Below are positions 54,988 to 55,471 of a stretch of DNA of 55,471 bases, in pieces (positions within the stretch are counted from its first letter, which is position 1; each line of letters begins with the position of its first letter). The stretch is from a virus (taxonomy: Duplodnaviria; Caudoviricetes). The notes beneath the pieces were generated by a model. That model saw nothing but the letters and a program-made list of their open reading frames with translations, was not told the DNA's origin and did no database searches. The stretch spans positions 1 through 55,471 of IMG/VR virus record IMGVR_UViG_3300045970_000148. The stretch is one strand, 5' to 3'. The position numbers and the translations under genes were made by a program.

Positions 54988-55471
54988 AGCTCTGGATGAT
55001 CCTTTTTGACAATATCACGCGCAAGCTCGCGGGCTTTCTGTTCAAGCTCGTCGTCTGTCAGATCGGCAAAGCGGTGCGTTACTGTGGCGCTTGACTTGTC
55101 CAGACCAAGGATACGAGCCATAGCCTCCTTTGATTTCTCGCGGGAGGCCACAACCGGCAGCATGACAATGCCGTGTTCTTTGCTGAACGTAGAATCAAGA
55201 TCCACGATGGACGCCAGTTCGTGATCCAGCTCATGAATAGGGATACGGTTCCCCTTTTCATTGAAGTACCTTCTCCGGTCTATTTTGAGCACACGGCCAT
55301 GATGTTCAAGCAGATCATCAGCCGTAATAGCATAGCGTTCCCGCAACTCCTTACGGATAGCGGCTATACGTGCCACAATGTTAGGTGATGTTAGGAGTTT
55401 ACTGGCTTCGACGCGTGCCGTGTTATCTTGAACTTTTGGCTTGGCCACAAGATATGCTTTGTAGCCAACAC
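54984..55471 (-). CDS. terS: Terminase small subunit, 3' part
   Basis: Continues the frame of 1-448; SREKSKEAMARILGL; ATGA overlap with terL. Confidence 0.85.
   Translation of the reverse strand, partial: VGYKAYLVAKPKVQDNTARVEASKLLTSPNIVARIAAIRKELRERYAITADDLLEHHGRVLKIDRRRYFNEKGNRIPIHELDHELASIVDLDSTFSKEHGIVMLPVVASREKSKEAMARILGLDKSSATVTHRFADLTDDELEQKARELARDIVKKDHPEL

Noticed and set aside
55196-55471. Physical direct terminal repeat
   Set aside because: Falls mid-terS with a 127-bp exact overlap; better explained as assembly circularity.

Overview
The window is an essentially complete, excised (circular) temperate podovirus-like phage genome of about 55.2 kb. Bases 1-276 repeat 55196-55471, and terS spans that junction. 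Almost all genes lie on the minus strand: packaging and head genes, tail and ejection genes, a ~5200-aa DarB-like polyvalent protein, tail fibres with a diversity-generating retroelement (DGR), and lysis genes. A plus-strand block carries the repressor, integrase and an intact attP (3' half of tRNA-Pro). A long early operon holds putative anti-defence genes, an IS200/IS605 element with IscB, omegaRNA and TnpA, and replication genes. Most notable: (1) at least five small genes with Shine-Dalgarno sites nested in one +1 frame inside linkers of the giant gene, including two CxxC zinc ribbons and a TnpV-like protein; (2) one DGR template with two targets, the second ~11 kb away in the early operon, and a template that appears to be losing its own adenines; (3) an IscB guide with a second match in this genome; (4) a 22-bp palindrome ahead of five transcription units; (5) several repeated structured non-coding motifs. 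All family assignments come from motif recognition by eye; no database searches were run.
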